A stretch of DNA of 64,000 nt from positions 7,595 to 71,594 of the IMG/VR virus record IMGVR_UViG_3300034198_017016; one strand, 5' to 3'. Below, piece after piece: positions 29,220 through 39,415 of this stretch (the first letter of the stretch is position 1; each line of letters starts with the position of its first letter). The notes below the pieces were generated by a model. That model did not search any database and had not been told where the DNA came from. It saw only the letters and a list, made by a program, of their open reading frames with translations. The translations under genes were made by a program, and so were the position numbers. Source of the stretch: a virus.

Positions 29220-30304
29220 CAAACGAAAGAAATCAACAAATTTTAGAAACACTAAAAAAAATAGAAAATAATGATTTTAATATCTATTTTTTTGTTTTGG
29301 ATTCCAAAGGAAATCCAATTGGAGAATTAACGTACATATATGAACACGCAAAAATTCTCAGAGAAAATGGATTTAACTCCATTATAGTAACCGAAAAGAA
29401 CGAATATACAGGAGTTGCTGATTGGTTAGGTGAGGAATATATGCAGATTCCACATATGTCAGTAGAATCACAAAATTTAAAAATAGGTCCTCAAGATTTT
29501 TTAATTATTCCTGAAATATTTGCCAATATAATGGATCAAACAAAACAATTCCCTTGTAAGAGAATTGTGTTTTCTCAGAGCTATGATTATATTTTAGAAA
29601 TTTTAAACATAGGTGCTAAATGGTCTGATTATGGAATTAAAGACTGTATTGCCACCACAGAAAAACAAAAACAATATATAAACGAATTGTTTAATAATAT
29701 AAATGTTGAAGTAGTACCTTTAGGTATTCCTGAATATTTTAAACCTACAGATAAATTACAAAAACCTGTAATATCTCTTTCTTGTAGAGACCCAAGAGAC
29801 ACCACAAAAATTGTAAAATCATTTTACTTGAAATATCCACAGTACAAATGGGTTACATTTAGAGATATGAAAGGTTTACCTAGAACTACATTTGCTCAAA
29901 CATTATCTGAGTCTTGTTTGGCAGTTTGGGTTGATCCAATCGCATCATTTGGTACATTTCCTATTGAGGCAATGAAATGTGGGGTACCTGTTATCGGTAG
30001 AGTACCACACATGATACCTGAATGGATGGAAGAATCTGGAGATCAAGGACAAGAAAAAATGTTAAAAGAAAATGGTATTTGGACTTATGATACTTTAAGA
30101 TTGCCCGATTTAATTGCAACTTTTATTAGACTTTGGTTGGAGGACAACATACCAACTGACGTTTATGAAAAAATGAAAGATACCCCTTCCAAATATACAA
30201 TGGAATCTATGAATTCATTAGTTTTAGATTATTACAAGAGACAAGTAAATGCTAGAATTGCCGAATTATCTACATCAATAACGACAGAAAAAACAAACGC
30301 ATAA
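29216..30304 (+). CDS. GT-B (GT4-like) glycosyltransferase
   Basis: IIPE, SFGTFPIEAMKCGVPVIG. Confidence 0.8.
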   Translation: MTNERNQQILETLKKIENNDFNIYFFVLDSKGNPIGELTYIYEHAKILRENGFNSIIVTEKNEYTGVADWLGEEYMQIPHMSVESQNLKIGPQDFLIIPEIFANIMDQTKQFPCKRIVFSQSYDYILEILNIGAKWSDYGIKDCIATTEKQKQYINELFNNINVEVVPLGIPEYFKPTDKLQKPVISLSCRDPRDTTKIVKSFYLKYPQYKWVTFRDMKGLPRTTFAQTLSESCLAVWVDPIASFGTFPIEAMKCGVPVIGRVPHMIPEWMEESGDQGQEKMLKENGIWTYDTLRLPDLIATFIRLWLEDNIPTDVYEKMKDTPSKYTMESMNSLVLDYYKRQVNARIAELSTSITTEKTNA

Positions 30305-30305
30305 T

Positions 30306-31100
30306 ATGAAAGATATTACAGTTATATTGCCGGTACACGAATTCGCTGAAGACACCACAAAATGGTTAAAAATGGCCATAAATAGTGTAAATACGCAAAC
30401 AGAACTTCCTGAAAAATTTATAATAGTTTATAATCCCGAAATTGAAAATGATATAAAATCTTCAATCGGAGACGAAGAAATTAGTAACATAAAAAATATA
30501 ATTACTTATCTCCCAAACACTACGGGTGAGTATGATTTTAGTAGTCAAATAAATTTTGCATCAGAACATGTAAGTACTGAATATTTTTCATTTATTGAAT
30601 TTGATGATGAGTATTCTAGAATTTGGTTTAAGAATGTTAAAAAATATATTAACACATATCCTGAAGTTGACTTATTTCTACCAATTGTAGTGGAGACTGA
30701 CCCAAATGGAAACTTTATTTCATTTACTAATGAAAGCGTTTGGGCAAAAGATTTTTCAGAAGAGATGGGAATTTTAGATAACAATACTTTATCTCGATAT
30801 GCTAATTTTAATTTTGACGGTATGGTGATAAAAACTAAAACTTTTGAAAAATTGGGGAGATTAAAACCATCAATTAAATTAACATTTATTTATGAATTTT
30901 TACTTAGATTAACTTTTAATGATACTAAAGTTATGGTAATTCCTAAATTAGGATATCGTCATAGTAATCAAAGAGCAGGATCTTTATTTGTAAAATATCA
31001 AACAACTCTTTCCCAAGACGAGGCGAGATTTTGGCTTAATTTGGCTAAGAAAGAATACTTCTTTAAAGAAGATAGAAAAATAATGTATGAACCGGTTTAA
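30306..31100 (+). CDS. GT2-like glycosyltransferase
   Basis: DITVILPV, AINSV..QT, EFDDE, YEFLLRL, YRH. Confidence 0.8.
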   Translation: MKDITVILPVHEFAEDTTKWLKMAINSVNTQTELPEKFIIVYNPEIENDIKSSIGDEEISNIKNIITYLPNTTGEYDFSSQINFASEHVSTEYFSFIEFDDEYSRIWFKNVKKYINTYPEVDLFLPIVVETDPNGNFISFTNESVWAKDFSEEMGILDNNTLSRYANFNFDGMVIKTKTFEKLGRLKPSIKLTFIYEFLLRLTFNDTKVMVIPKLGYRHSNQRAGSLFVKYQTTLSQDEARFWLNLAKKEYFFKEDRKIMYEPV

Positions 31101-31106
31101 CGTATT

Positions 31107-31856
31107 ATGTCCGCAAAAAAAGGAAGAAAAAAAAAATCGGAAAATGTAACTCCGCAGAACGGAATGTATTTTGGAGAAAGACAGGAACAGGCAGTGTTAA
31201 ACTATCTGACCTGTCTTAATCCATTAGAGAAAGAAAAAATATTCACTAGCGAACTAAAAAAACCTTTGGATAAAATGATCGAAAGTATCATAAGAAGGTA
31301 TAAATTGTACGTTAAAAATTATACTTTTGAAGATTTACATTCTGATACATTTTCATTTTTAATGACTAAAATAGAAAAATTTGACCCTGCCGCAAATAAA
31401 AAGGCTTATTCATATTTTGGTACGATAATAAAAAATTATTTATTGGGTAAAATATTAAAGCAGGATAAAGAGATGAAACAAAATTTATCCTACGAAGATA
31501 TATACATGAATATTGAGGAAAATGAAAAATATAGTTATTGCATAGACAAACCCGAAGGTTCTTATGATGAGTTTATCAGGGACATATCAACAAAAATTGA
31601 AGAGAAAATTAAAAATAATGCATTAAACGAAAATGAATTAAAAGTTGGTTATGCCTTAATTGATATCTTAAAAAATTGGGAAAGTATATTTGAAGATACC
31701 GCAGGAGTTAGTGATAAATTTAATAAAAATAAAGTTTTATCGCATATACGAGATTATACCCTTTTAAGTACCAAAGACATTAGGATTTCTATGAAAAAAT
31801 ATAAAGAAATTTATGGAAATTTAAAAATTTTTAAAATAGAAGAAGGTTTGTTATAA
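31107..31856 (+). CDS. phage late sigma factor (gp55-like)
   Basis: MYF....E.A, IEKFDP, KAYSYFGTIIKNYL resembles region 2 of T4-like late sigma factors. Confidence 0.7.
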   Translation: MSAKKGRKKKSENVTPQNGMYFGERQEQAVLNYLTCLNPLEKEKIFTSELKKPLDKMIESIIRRYKLYVKNYTFEDLHSDTFSFLMTKIEKFDPAANKKAYSYFGTIIKNYLLGKILKQDKEMKQNLSYEDIYMNIEENEKYSYCIDKPEGSYDEFIRDISTKIEEKIKNNALNENELKVGYALIDILKNWESIFEDTAGVSDKFNKNKVLSHIRDYTLLSTKDIRISMKKYKEIYGNLKIFKIEEGLL

Positions 31857-31889
31857 ATTACTCATTATCATATTTATAAATAAAAAACC

Positions 31890-32261
31890 ATGCCTAAACC
31901 AGCAAAAACTAAAATTAAATTAAATACTGATAGTTTTCAAACCCTCCTACAAGAAATCTATAATGATATATTGTCGGTACAAAAAAAGGCTAGATCGGAT
32001 ATGGAAGAAAGAAAATCTCTTCCTGTGAATACCACTACTGACGCATTTCAAATAGGAAAAGTTAATAATGAATCTTTAAAAATTATTGATTCATCTGTCG
32101 AAAAAAAGTTAGCATTGGCCAAACTACAATCTCAAATTTTTGCGAATGATAAAGAAACAAAAGAAGAGAATAAAGCAGGAATGACCGATGATGACAAAAA
32201 ATTAATTAGAGAATTAATTGAAAAACAAAAAAATAAAAATAATTCAGAATACGATATTTAA
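31890..32261 (+). CDS. hypothetical helical protein
   Basis: 123 aa; TATTTAT at 31871-31877. Confidence 0.7.
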   Translation: MPKPAKTKIKLNTDSFQTLLQEIYNDILSVQKKARSDMEERKSLPVNTTTDAFQIGKVNNESLKIIDSSVEKKLALAKLQSQIFANDKETKEENKAGMTDDDKKLIRELIEKQKNKNNSEYDI

Positions 32262-32263
32262 AA

Positions 32264-33694
32264 ATGGCAGGTGATGGACTTAAAAGACTTTTCGACAAAA
32301 TAAAGGGTAAAATTGATGCTTTACATGCCTCACGAAGAAACTCTGAAGACAAATTAAACGAAAAGAAATCTCGTTATAATGATAAAAAGGCTAGATTCTT
32401 AGAATTTATCGGAGAAATTATTGTCATTTTAGGTTTAGTTGAAGGTTTTATAAGAGAAGTAAATAATTTTTTGGCAAAAGGAAAAAAATACGAACCAAAA
32501 TTAAAAAAAATATTAATAGGTTGTTTTGAAACTAATATCGCATGTAATTTAGAAGACACTATACAACCGAATCAAGTTTATCCAATTGCCCCATATTTTA
32601 CATTAAATGTTGCCAAAATAGATTTTTTTGGTTTATTAAAAATTGATCCTAATTCAAGATCTGGTAGTATATTTTATGGTTTACCTTCCGACAATACCTT
32701 AAACAGGGCAATTAAAACTGCAATAGATAGTGGTAGTGTTCAAAATTGGGATAACATATTATGGGTTAAATATAATCCATCCACAAACTATGCAGATTTT
32801 TATGTAAATGCATCATATAGTAATAAACCTGTAAGTTCATTAATAACCGACATAGTTAATCGAATAAATTTAATTCCAAATTTTAGTATGTTGTTAAATT
32901 TATTTGATAATTTATATGGTTCTTTTTCAGTTTCAATACAACCTCAAAGAATTGACCCAAGAAGTTTAATAAATAAAGAAATTTTACAAAAATACATCGA
33001 AAAAATATTAGACGGTGGAGAAGATTTAGTAATTGATGATTCGTTCTTTAATTTTAAAAATGAAGAACTTTTTGATATAGAAAAGAAAACTCAAAATTTA
33101 AGTAATAATTTTTTAGAAATACTTTCGTGTAATAATGCGATATCTGTAGTAAAACCTGAAGATTTATACCCAATACTCGATCAAATTATTAATGCCGGTA
33201 CGTTTAACGAACAAATAAAAGTAATTGAGGCAGGTATGAGTACATTACAACTTGTCGCATCTCAAAACGTTACAAGAGTAGACTTTCCTAAATTTCAAAT
33301 AGAATTCTATTTCAATATTTTTAATCAATTAACTACTACGTTAACGGGATTTGTTTATTCGCCACAATTTTTAGTTATTATGATGATCTATTTTAGATTG
33401 GCCAATACAAATCCAACATCACCTGAACCAATTCTTTATACTGATTTTGTAGATTTTATAAAGAAAACTAGAAATATATTAATTTGTATAGTGTGGAACA
33501 TATTTAAATTTTTATTTTTATTAATAGTAATACCTATAATAATAAAACAATTAATATTTGATGTTAACGATGAAAAAGATAAGAGAAATAGAGAAAAATA
33601 TGAATTGTATTATGCCCAATATTTAACATTAAAAGGTGTTTACAACGCAGTTAAAAGTACTAAATTATTATCTGAAATAGCAACATCGGTATGA
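32264..33694 (+). CDS. hypothetical protein, putative tail/baseplate-associated
   Basis: 476 aa with hydrophobic helices; lies upstream of the gp5-like gene. Confidence 0.6.
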   Translation: MAGDGLKRLFDKIKGKIDALHASRRNSEDKLNEKKSRYNDKKARFLEFIGEIIVILGLVEGFIREVNNFLAKGKKYEPKLKKILIGCFETNIACNLEDTIQPNQVYPIAPYFTLNVAKIDFFGLLKIDPNSRSGSIFYGLPSDNTLNRAIKTAIDSGSVQNWDNILWVKYNPSTNYADFYVNASYSNKPVSSLITDIVNRINLIPNFSMLLNLFDNLYGSFSVSIQPQRIDPRSLINKEILQKYIEKILDGGEDLVIDDSFFNFKNEELFDIEKKTQNLSNNFLEILSCNNAISVVKPEDLYPILDQIINAGTFNEQIKVIEAGMSTLQLVASQNVTRVDFPKFQIEFYFNIFNQLTTTLTGFVYSPQFLVIMMIYFRLANTNPTSPEPILYTDFVDFIKKTRNILICIVWNIFKFLFLLIVIPIIIKQLIFDVNDEKDKRNREKYELYYAQYLTLKGVYNAVKSTKLLSEIATSV

Positions 33695-34110
33695 TAAGTT
33701 CGGTCTCAAATATAGAATTTGGTAAATTACCAATAAAGGACATACTAAAAAGTATAATAGGTGTATTCACTATTCCTGATGTACCACCACCACCTATCGA
33801 TCCTATTACAATATTAAGTAGTGCAAAGAACGTAGGTCTTTCACCAAGAAAAATTGCGTCTGAAATTATTGCCAGACAATCTGAAGCGGGTGCACCTTTT
33901 GGTCCTATGCCAAGTGGCGCTGACAATGTGGCAGAAAAAATGGAACTTATACGAGTTCAAGAAATTATTAAGGCATTACAACAAGACGCTAGAATAACTG
34001 TCAGTATTCCCGCAGGTCAATTAGTTAATGGAACTACAACTACCGTACCTCCAATACCTGTTGTAGGTTCAACTACGGCAATACATATCGCATACGCAGT
34101 AATACAATGA
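33691..34110 (+). CDS. hypothetical protein, putative baseplate-associated
   Basis: 139 aa, Pro-rich, translationally coupled. Confidence 0.6.
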   Translation: MISSVSNIEFGKLPIKDILKSIIGVFTIPDVPPPPIDPITILSSAKNVGLSPRKIASEIIARQSEAGAPFGPMPSGADNVAEKMELIRVQEIIKALQQDARITVSIPAGQLVNGTTTTVPPIPVVGSTTAIHIAYAVIQ

Positions 34111-34277
34111 GTTACGCTGATAAGACAAATAAGGAAATATTAACAGAGGTTAAACAAATGGAGATGGATCATCAAAATTTGAAAACTAAACTTATATCTT
34201 TACTTGATGAGTTAGAAGAAGTTGAAAAAAAATATTCAATAGCAATTAATGAATTAAAAAAGAGAGGAGTTAAATGA
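34107..34277 (+). CDS. small coiled-coil hypothetical protein (56 aa, absent from the ORF track)
   Basis: MSYADKTNKEIL...NELKKRGVK; ATGA overlaps with both flanking genes. Confidence 0.7.
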   Translation: MSYADKTNKEILTEVKQMEMDHQNLKTKLISLLDELEEVEKKYSIAINELKKRGVK

Positions 34278-35551
34278 GTAGTCAAGGAGGAATATATCAA
34301 CCAGGTAATAACACAGACCAAACATTAATCCATAAGGGATTAGTGGTGAGTGTGCCTGATGATCTAACCGGTTTTGCACCCATAAAATGTCGGGTAGAGG
34401 TAATTGATAGTATGATATACAATGATAATGATCTTTCCGATTGTTATTCATTGTTACCTAAACATTTAAACGTTTATCCTAAAAAAGGGGAATATGTCTA
34501 TATATTAACATTAAATAGTGATTATAATAAACAGATAAGATATTATTTAGGCCCTGTCATAGATGTTTATAAAAATTTAAATTTTAATCCTGACGATAAT
34601 GTCGAAACTAATGCACCAATACGTGCCGATATTAGACAACAACCTGATAAGGGTATATACCCAAAGAGAGAGTATATTTCTATACAAGGTAGAAATAATT
34701 CTGATATAGTGTTCAAAGAACAAGAAGTTTTATTGAGGGCAGGAAAATATGTAACAAATAGTCCATTAAAATTTAATTCATTAGATACCGCATACATCCA
34801 AATGAGATACGGTCAACCTGAATTGAAGGAAACTAATAGAACTGAAATTGTAAGAGAAGTAAAATTAATAACACCCGAAGGTTTTGCAAACGCAAATTTA
34901 ATATTCAGGGCAGTACTTACCGATCCTTATCAAGTTAATATAAGTTTTGAGGATAAAAATAATAAATTTTTTGGTAGAATTTTTAAAAATTTTGGTACGG
35001 AAGATGAGGCAATTGTTTTTATAAAACAAACATATATTAATTTACAAAAAAATGATAATAATACAAAATTGTTAATTTTAGATAATTTTGGTAGACAAAT
35101 AAACGTAGGTTCTTATGATTTTTCTAAATTTAAATATATTAACACGTCAATAGATAGACTTAAAACTTTTGATATAAATAAATTAACTGAAATTGTTGAA
35201 AAACCTACTACAATAAAAGTAACAGAAACTGTTTTTAATGATTCAAAAGGATCGGGAATCAATGTAGTAGGTAATAAAATAAATTTAATTTCTTACGGTA
35301 ATAAAAATAATTTTAAATTGTTAGATCCTGATGTAACAATAACTGCAGAACAACAATTAAAAATAAATACAGAATCACAACCAATCCCATATGGATATGT
35401 TTTAAACGACTTTTTAGGATTGGTTAAATCTTTTGTCGCCAATCACGTTCATGCGTATCACGGATTACCCCCTGATCCCGATCCAATAGTAAATCAAATA
35501 TTAAATTACGATTTAGAAACAATTTTAAATCAGAACGTAAGAACTGCGTAA
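34274..35551 (+). CDS. gp5-like baseplate hub/central spike
   Basis: N-terminal OB-fold pattern (IKCRV..LLPKH...PKKGEYV...YYLGP), IQGR.NSDI, C-terminal HVHAYH metal-binding apex. Confidence 0.65.
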   Translation: MSSQGGIYQPGNNTDQTLIHKGLVVSVPDDLTGFAPIKCRVEVIDSMIYNDNDLSDCYSLLPKHLNVYPKKGEYVYILTLNSDYNKQIRYYLGPVIDVYKNLNFNPDDNVETNAPIRADIRQQPDKGIYPKREYISIQGRNNSDIVFKEQEVLLRAGKYVTNSPLKFNSLDTAYIQMRYGQPELKETNRTEIVREVKLITPEGFANANLIFRAVLTDPYQVNISFEDKNNKFFGRIFKNFGTEDEAIVFIKQTYINLQKNDNNTKLLILDNFGRQINVGSYDFSKFKYINTSIDRLKTFDINKLTEIVEKPTTIKVTETVFNDSKGSGINVVGNKINLISYGNKNNFKLLDPDVTITAEQQLKINTESQPIPYGYVLNDFLGLVKSFVANHVHAYHGLPPDPDPIVNQILNYDLETILNQNVRTA

Positions 35552-35577
35552 GTTTGATATTTATTATTAAAAGAAAA

Positions 35578-36975
35578 ATGATATTTAAAACTTATTTTGA
35601 TAAAAATAATACAATAATTGAAGATCAATTTACTAATACGGGTCTAAATCCTATTACAGAATTAGTGTATGGGGGATTAAATAGTGGAAATACCTCAAAT
35701 ATATTTAGTAGATTTTTATGTCATTTTGATCTTTCTTATTTAATTTCACAGTACAATAGTGGAAATTTAGGTGACTTATCCCAAGTAACCCATAAAATAA
35801 AAATGTACAATAGTCAGGCATTTGAGGCAGACTTAAAAGGTAAACTGACGTTTGATAATAAAAGAAGGGCGTCTTCTTTTGATTTAAGGATATGGAAATT
35901 AGACAATCTTTGGGATGAAGGTAATGGATACGATTATTATTGTTATAATGTATTAAACGATATACAGTGTAAAAATTATAAAGAAACCTACTCAAATTGG
36001 TATTTTGCTCAAAATATGAATCCTTGGTCTATACCAGGAACTTCAGGAAATACCATATCCACCCAACACTTTGATCATGGGAACGAGAACTTAGAGTTAG
36101 ATATTACTTCCGCGATTAATGATATTATTACGGGAGGTAGTCAAAATTATGGTTTCGCAATTGGTTATACTTCAGATTTTGAAAATAAAGAAAGTGTTGA
36201 ATTAAATTATGTAGGATTCTTTACAAGACATACACAAACATATTTTGAACCATTCTTAGAAACTAATTACGAAAGTTATATATTAGATGATAGGAGTTTG
36301 TTTTTTACTGATAAATTAAATCGTCTATATCTTTATACTAATTTAGGTAATAAACCCACCAATTTAGACGTTAACCCCTCTGTGACAATTTTAGATAACG
36401 ATGGTAATGTTTTCTTATCAATACCATCGTCAGGTGTTACAAGACAATTTGAGGGGGTTTATTATGTAGAATTTACAGTACCTTCAGGTCTTTACACAGA
36501 TTGTTTTACTTTCCAAGACATATGGTCTAACATATCGATTAATGGTCAATCAAGACCTGACGTTACATTAGAATTCGCACTTAAAAAGAACGAAGAGTGG
36601 TTTAATTTTGGTGATAATGACGGAGAACCAAAACAATATGGTTTTTCAATGAGTGGTATAAAACGTGAAGAAAAAATTAAGAGAGGTGATATTCGCAAAG
36701 TTTTAGTATCTGCTAGAATTCCATACACTGTCGATAGGAAACAAGTTATAGATGGTTTAAAATATCGACTATATGTAAAACAAGGAACTGCAGAAATTAA
36801 TGTAATTGATTGGGATGACGTTAATAGAACAAACAATCAGAATTACTTCTTATTAGATACTTCATGGATGATACCTAACACGTATTACTTAGATTTAAAA
36901 TTGTATAGTAATCAAGAAGTAAGAGATTATCCTGAAATTATGAAATTTTACATTACTAACCAAATATACCAATAA
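35578..36975 (+). CDS. putative virion structural protein
   Basis: WDEGNG, LELDITS, FFTRHT.T.FEP.LE pattern seen in large-phage structural proteins; ATG at 35578 follows TATTTAT at 35558. Confidence 0.6.
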   Translation: MIFKTYFDKNNTIIEDQFTNTGLNPITELVYGGLNSGNTSNIFSRFLCHFDLSYLISQYNSGNLGDLSQVTHKIKMYNSQAFEADLKGKLTFDNKRRASSFDLRIWKLDNLWDEGNGYDYYCYNVLNDIQCKNYKETYSNWYFAQNMNPWSIPGTSGNTISTQHFDHGNENLELDITSAINDIITGGSQNYGFAIGYTSDFENKESVELNYVGFFTRHTQTYFEPFLETNYESYILDDRSLFFTDKLNRLYLYTNLGNKPTNLDVNPSVTILDNDGNVFLSIPSSGVTRQFEGVYYVEFTVPSGLYTDCFTFQDIWSNISINGQSRPDVTLEFALKKNEEWFNFGDNDGEPKQYGFSMSGIKREEKIKRGDIRKVLVSARIPYTVDRKQVIDGLKYRLYVKQGTAEINVIDWDDVNRTNNQNYFLLDTSWMIPNTYYLDLKLYSNQEVRDYPEIMKFYITNQIYQ

Positions 36976-37025
36976 AAGTTGACTATATAGGTTTTAATTA
37001 TTATGTTTAATAAAAATCAAATAAT

Positions 37026-37451
37026 ATGAAAAAAATACAAAATGGAGACACTGTAAGTGTCAACTACGTTGGTAGATTAGAAGACGGTACCGTTTTCGAT
37101 AGTTCTTTAGTTGAAGGTAGAGAACCTCTTAAAGTTACTTTGGGTAAAGGACAATTAATTAAAGGTTTTGAAAATGGATTGATTGAAATGTCCGTAGGTG
37201 ATAAAAAAACCATCGTACTTGATCCATCTGATGCATATGGTGAAATAATACCTGAAGCTATTATTGATGTTCCTCTTGAAAATCTACCCCCAAACATTGA
37301 GGTAGGACAAGCTTTACAAGGACAGGGACCTCAAGGACCTTTCATAGTGACTGTAGTAGAATTAAATGAAACTACCGCAAAACTTGATCATAACCATCCA
37401 ATGGCAGGTAAAAAATTAACCTTTGATTTGGAAATAGTTAGTGTTGACTAA
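37026..37451 (+). CDS. FKBP-type peptidyl-prolyl isomerase (SlyD/FkpB-like)
   Basis: YVGRLEDGTVFDSS, GQLIKGFE, AYG, DHNHPMAGKKLTF; no His-rich tail. Confidence 0.93.
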   Translation: MKKIQNGDTVSVNYVGRLEDGTVFDSSLVEGREPLKVTLGKGQLIKGFENGLIEMSVGDKKTIVLDPSDAYGEIIPEAIIDVPLENLPPNIEVGQALQGQGPQGPFIVTVVELNETTAKLDHNHPMAGKKLTFDLEIVSVD

Positions 37452-37457
37452 AATTTT

Positions 37458-37484
37458 AAACCCCTCGAATTCGAGGGGTTTTTT
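37458..37484. terminator. bidirectional terminator
   Basis: palindrome AAACCCCTCGAATTCGAGGGGTTT between convergent genes. Confidence 0.8.
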
Positions 37485-37968
37485 ATTTATTTAATATTTG
37501 TAAAAATTCTAACCAAGTCTCTAAATCATTTTCATTCCTACCTATATTTGCCGAATAACATGTTAATACCACATTATCTTTAGTATATCCTTTATTTCTA
37601 TCTAATCTATCTAATGAAGGTTGTTGTGGATGTTTCAATTTAGATGATGGTTTTAATGGTATTTTAAACCAATAACATAAACCATTTTGTTTTTTAAACA
37701 TATCGTCAATGTCTTGTACAGTTAAAGTATGTTCCACATCTCTTCGTTTTGAATCATGTAGTAACGTATTTTTCCAAAGTCTAACTCTCCGTTCTTTTTG
37801 TTTTTCTGATTCAATTTTCCTATATTCAGGACTTTCTCTATTTTTTTTCTTATTTATTTTATTCAAATTTAAAGTGCATTCTATACACCTTAATCCTCTC
37901 TGAGATTTATAAAATTGATCGATAGATTTTCTTATATTACAAATTTTGCAAGTTTTATGTATATCCAT
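37483..37968 (-). CDS. HNH-like endonuclease with N-terminal zinc finger
   Basis: CKIC...CIEC, QNGLCYW, SLDRLD..KGYTKDNVVLTC..AN; start MDIHK at 37968. Confidence 0.7.
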   Translation of the reverse strand: MDIHKTCKICNIRKSIDQFYKSQRGLRCIECTLNLNKINKKKNRESPEYRKIESEKQKERRVRLWKNTLLHDSKRRDVEHTLTVQDIDDMFKKQNGLCYWFKIPLKPSSKLKHPQQPSLDRLDRNKGYTKDNVVLTCYSANIGRNENDLETWLEFLQILNK

Positions 37969-38002
37969 ATTAATAAATATATGGATAAACATAAAAAAAA
38001 AA

Positions 38003-38245
38003 TTATTTTTTCTTCCATTTACCACCCTTACTCTTATAACGTTTTGCGGCAGCACCATTACAATAAGCGCTAGGACAGACTTTATACCTTGATCTCGCCC
38101 ATGCTAAACATTCTTTCCATAATTTTGGGTTAGTGGGAACATTTTTTTTCTTACCTTCGGATAATTCAAGTTCTTGGGATTCTTTTAAAATCTTGTTGAC
38201 AATCATTTCTAAATCACTTTCAGTTAATTTAATAATTTTTTTCAT
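38003..38245 (-). CDS. small basic phage protein with MKKIIKLTESDL leader
   Basis: 80 aa; C-terminal PSAYCNG...YKSKGGKW motif. Confidence 0.75.
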   Translation of the reverse strand: MKKIIKLTESDLEMIVNKILKESQELELSEGKKKNVPTNPKLWKECLAWARSRYKVCPSAYCNGAAAKRYKSKGGKWKKK

Positions 38246-38251
38246 AATATT

Positions 38252-38983
38252 TTAGTTTTTTTGTACAAAATTTATTACATATCTTTTATGGTTTCTCCCA
38301 AGATAATTTGAGAAAAATTGTTTATAATAAGGTACGATAGTTTTTGTAAATAATTCTATCATACCATCTATGGTAATATTTTTAAAATCACCCCACGGAT
38401 GAGGAATAATAATTTTTATATCTGACTCACGGAATAAATCAAAACGAAACTCCATAGTACTATTATCTATAAATTTAAAACTTACATAGAAATAACCACT
38501 ATTACTATAAACTTCATCATTGTCATCATCATGACATTGCGTTTCAAATGACGATCTTAACCCATCCATACTTGGATTTGGTTTAAAATTAAAAATATCT
38601 ATCCCACACCCATTAAAAAATGAAAATCGTAAATCATTTATTTGTGATATAAATTTATCGTTATGTAATATAAAATTTGATATCTCATACAAATTATACG
38701 ATCTTAACAAAATATATTGTTCTTCATTATTATAATAAGATTCTCTCCAAACATAATCATCAATTAAATTTTCGTAGTTGTACTTTAATATGTATAAAAA
38801 TTTATATATCTCATATAATGAAAATGTATTTCCAAACCTATTAAAAAGATATTTAAATAAATTTGCAAATGGCTCATTTTGATAATGTTTAAAATTTCTA
38901 TTTAAATCTTTATATAAAAAATATATAGTTTTTTTATCTCTATCAGAAAGAAACCCAAAGATACTAAAATTTAATTTTTCCAT
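38252..38983 (-). CDS. hypothetical protein
   Basis: aromatic-rich ORF; start MEKLN at 38983 next to the palindromic motif. Confidence 0.6.
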   Translation of the reverse strand: MEKLNFSIFGFLSDRDKKTIYFLYKDLNRNFKHYQNEPFANLFKYLFNRFGNTFSLYEIYKFLYILKYNYENLIDDYVWRESYYNNEEQYILLRSYNLYEISNFILHNDKFISQINDLRFSFFNGCGIDIFNFKPNPSMDGLRSSFETQCHDDDNDEVYSNSGYFYVSFKFIDNSTMEFRFDLFRESDIKIIIPHPWGDFKNITIDGMIELFTKTIVPYYKQFFSNYLGRNHKRYVINFVQKN

Positions 38984-38984
38984 G

Positions 38985-38998
38985 ATATTTATAAATAT
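38985..38998. promoter_or_regulatory. palindromic bidirectional late-promoter candidate
   Basis: ATATTTATAAATAT centred between CAT (38981-38983) and ATG (39000-39002). Confidence 0.65.
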
Positions 38999-38999
38999 T

Positions 39000-39395
39000 A
39001 TGGGTAAGATAAAAATTTTTATAGAACAAGGGTCAGATAATATGACTGATCGTTTCATTGAGTTACTCAAAGAATTCCTACCCTTTGCATCTAAATTTAT
39101 TGGAATTAAAAAACCGTTTAAATTACATTTGGTTCACTCTAAAGTACCCCAATTAAGAACGACAGGAGTTTATATTAATTCAGATAATGAAATGTGGGTA
39201 CGAGTTAAAAATAGACATCAAGTGGATCTTTTTAGAAGTATATGTCACGAAATGGTTCATCACAGACAAAATGAATTAAATATGTTACATAAAGGTTCAG
39301 GTGATGATGCATCCCCTGAAGAGGGTCAGGCAAATAGAATTGCAGGAATTGTAATGAGAAAATTCGGAAGAATGTATCCTGAAATATATGAATAA
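39000..39395 (+). CDS. small zincin-like metallopeptidase
   Basis: RSICHEMVHHRQ (HExxH) and downstream E..AN..AG. Confidence 0.7.
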   Translation: MGKIKIFIEQGSDNMTDRFIELLKEFLPFASKFIGIKKPFKLHLVHSKVPQLRTTGVYINSDNEMWVRVKNRHQVDLFRSICHEMVHHRQNELNMLHKGSGDDASPEEGQANRIAGIVMRKFGRMYPEIYE

Positions 39396-39415
39396 AAATA
39401 AAAAATTAACTAAAT

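Noticed and set aside
8429-31100. A bacterial O-antigen/capsule locus implying host chromosome or chimeric assembly
   Set aside because: No wzx/wzy/wzz or priming transferase; the genes are interleaved with phage genes and share composition and coupling with the flanks
31890-32261. Possible terminase small subunit
   Set aside because: Size and helicity fit, but there is no diagnostic motif and it is far from terL
37483-37968. HNH-like gene as part of a self-splicing intron or defence system
   Set aside because: It is free-standing between intact genes, with its own motif and terminator and no interrupted host gene
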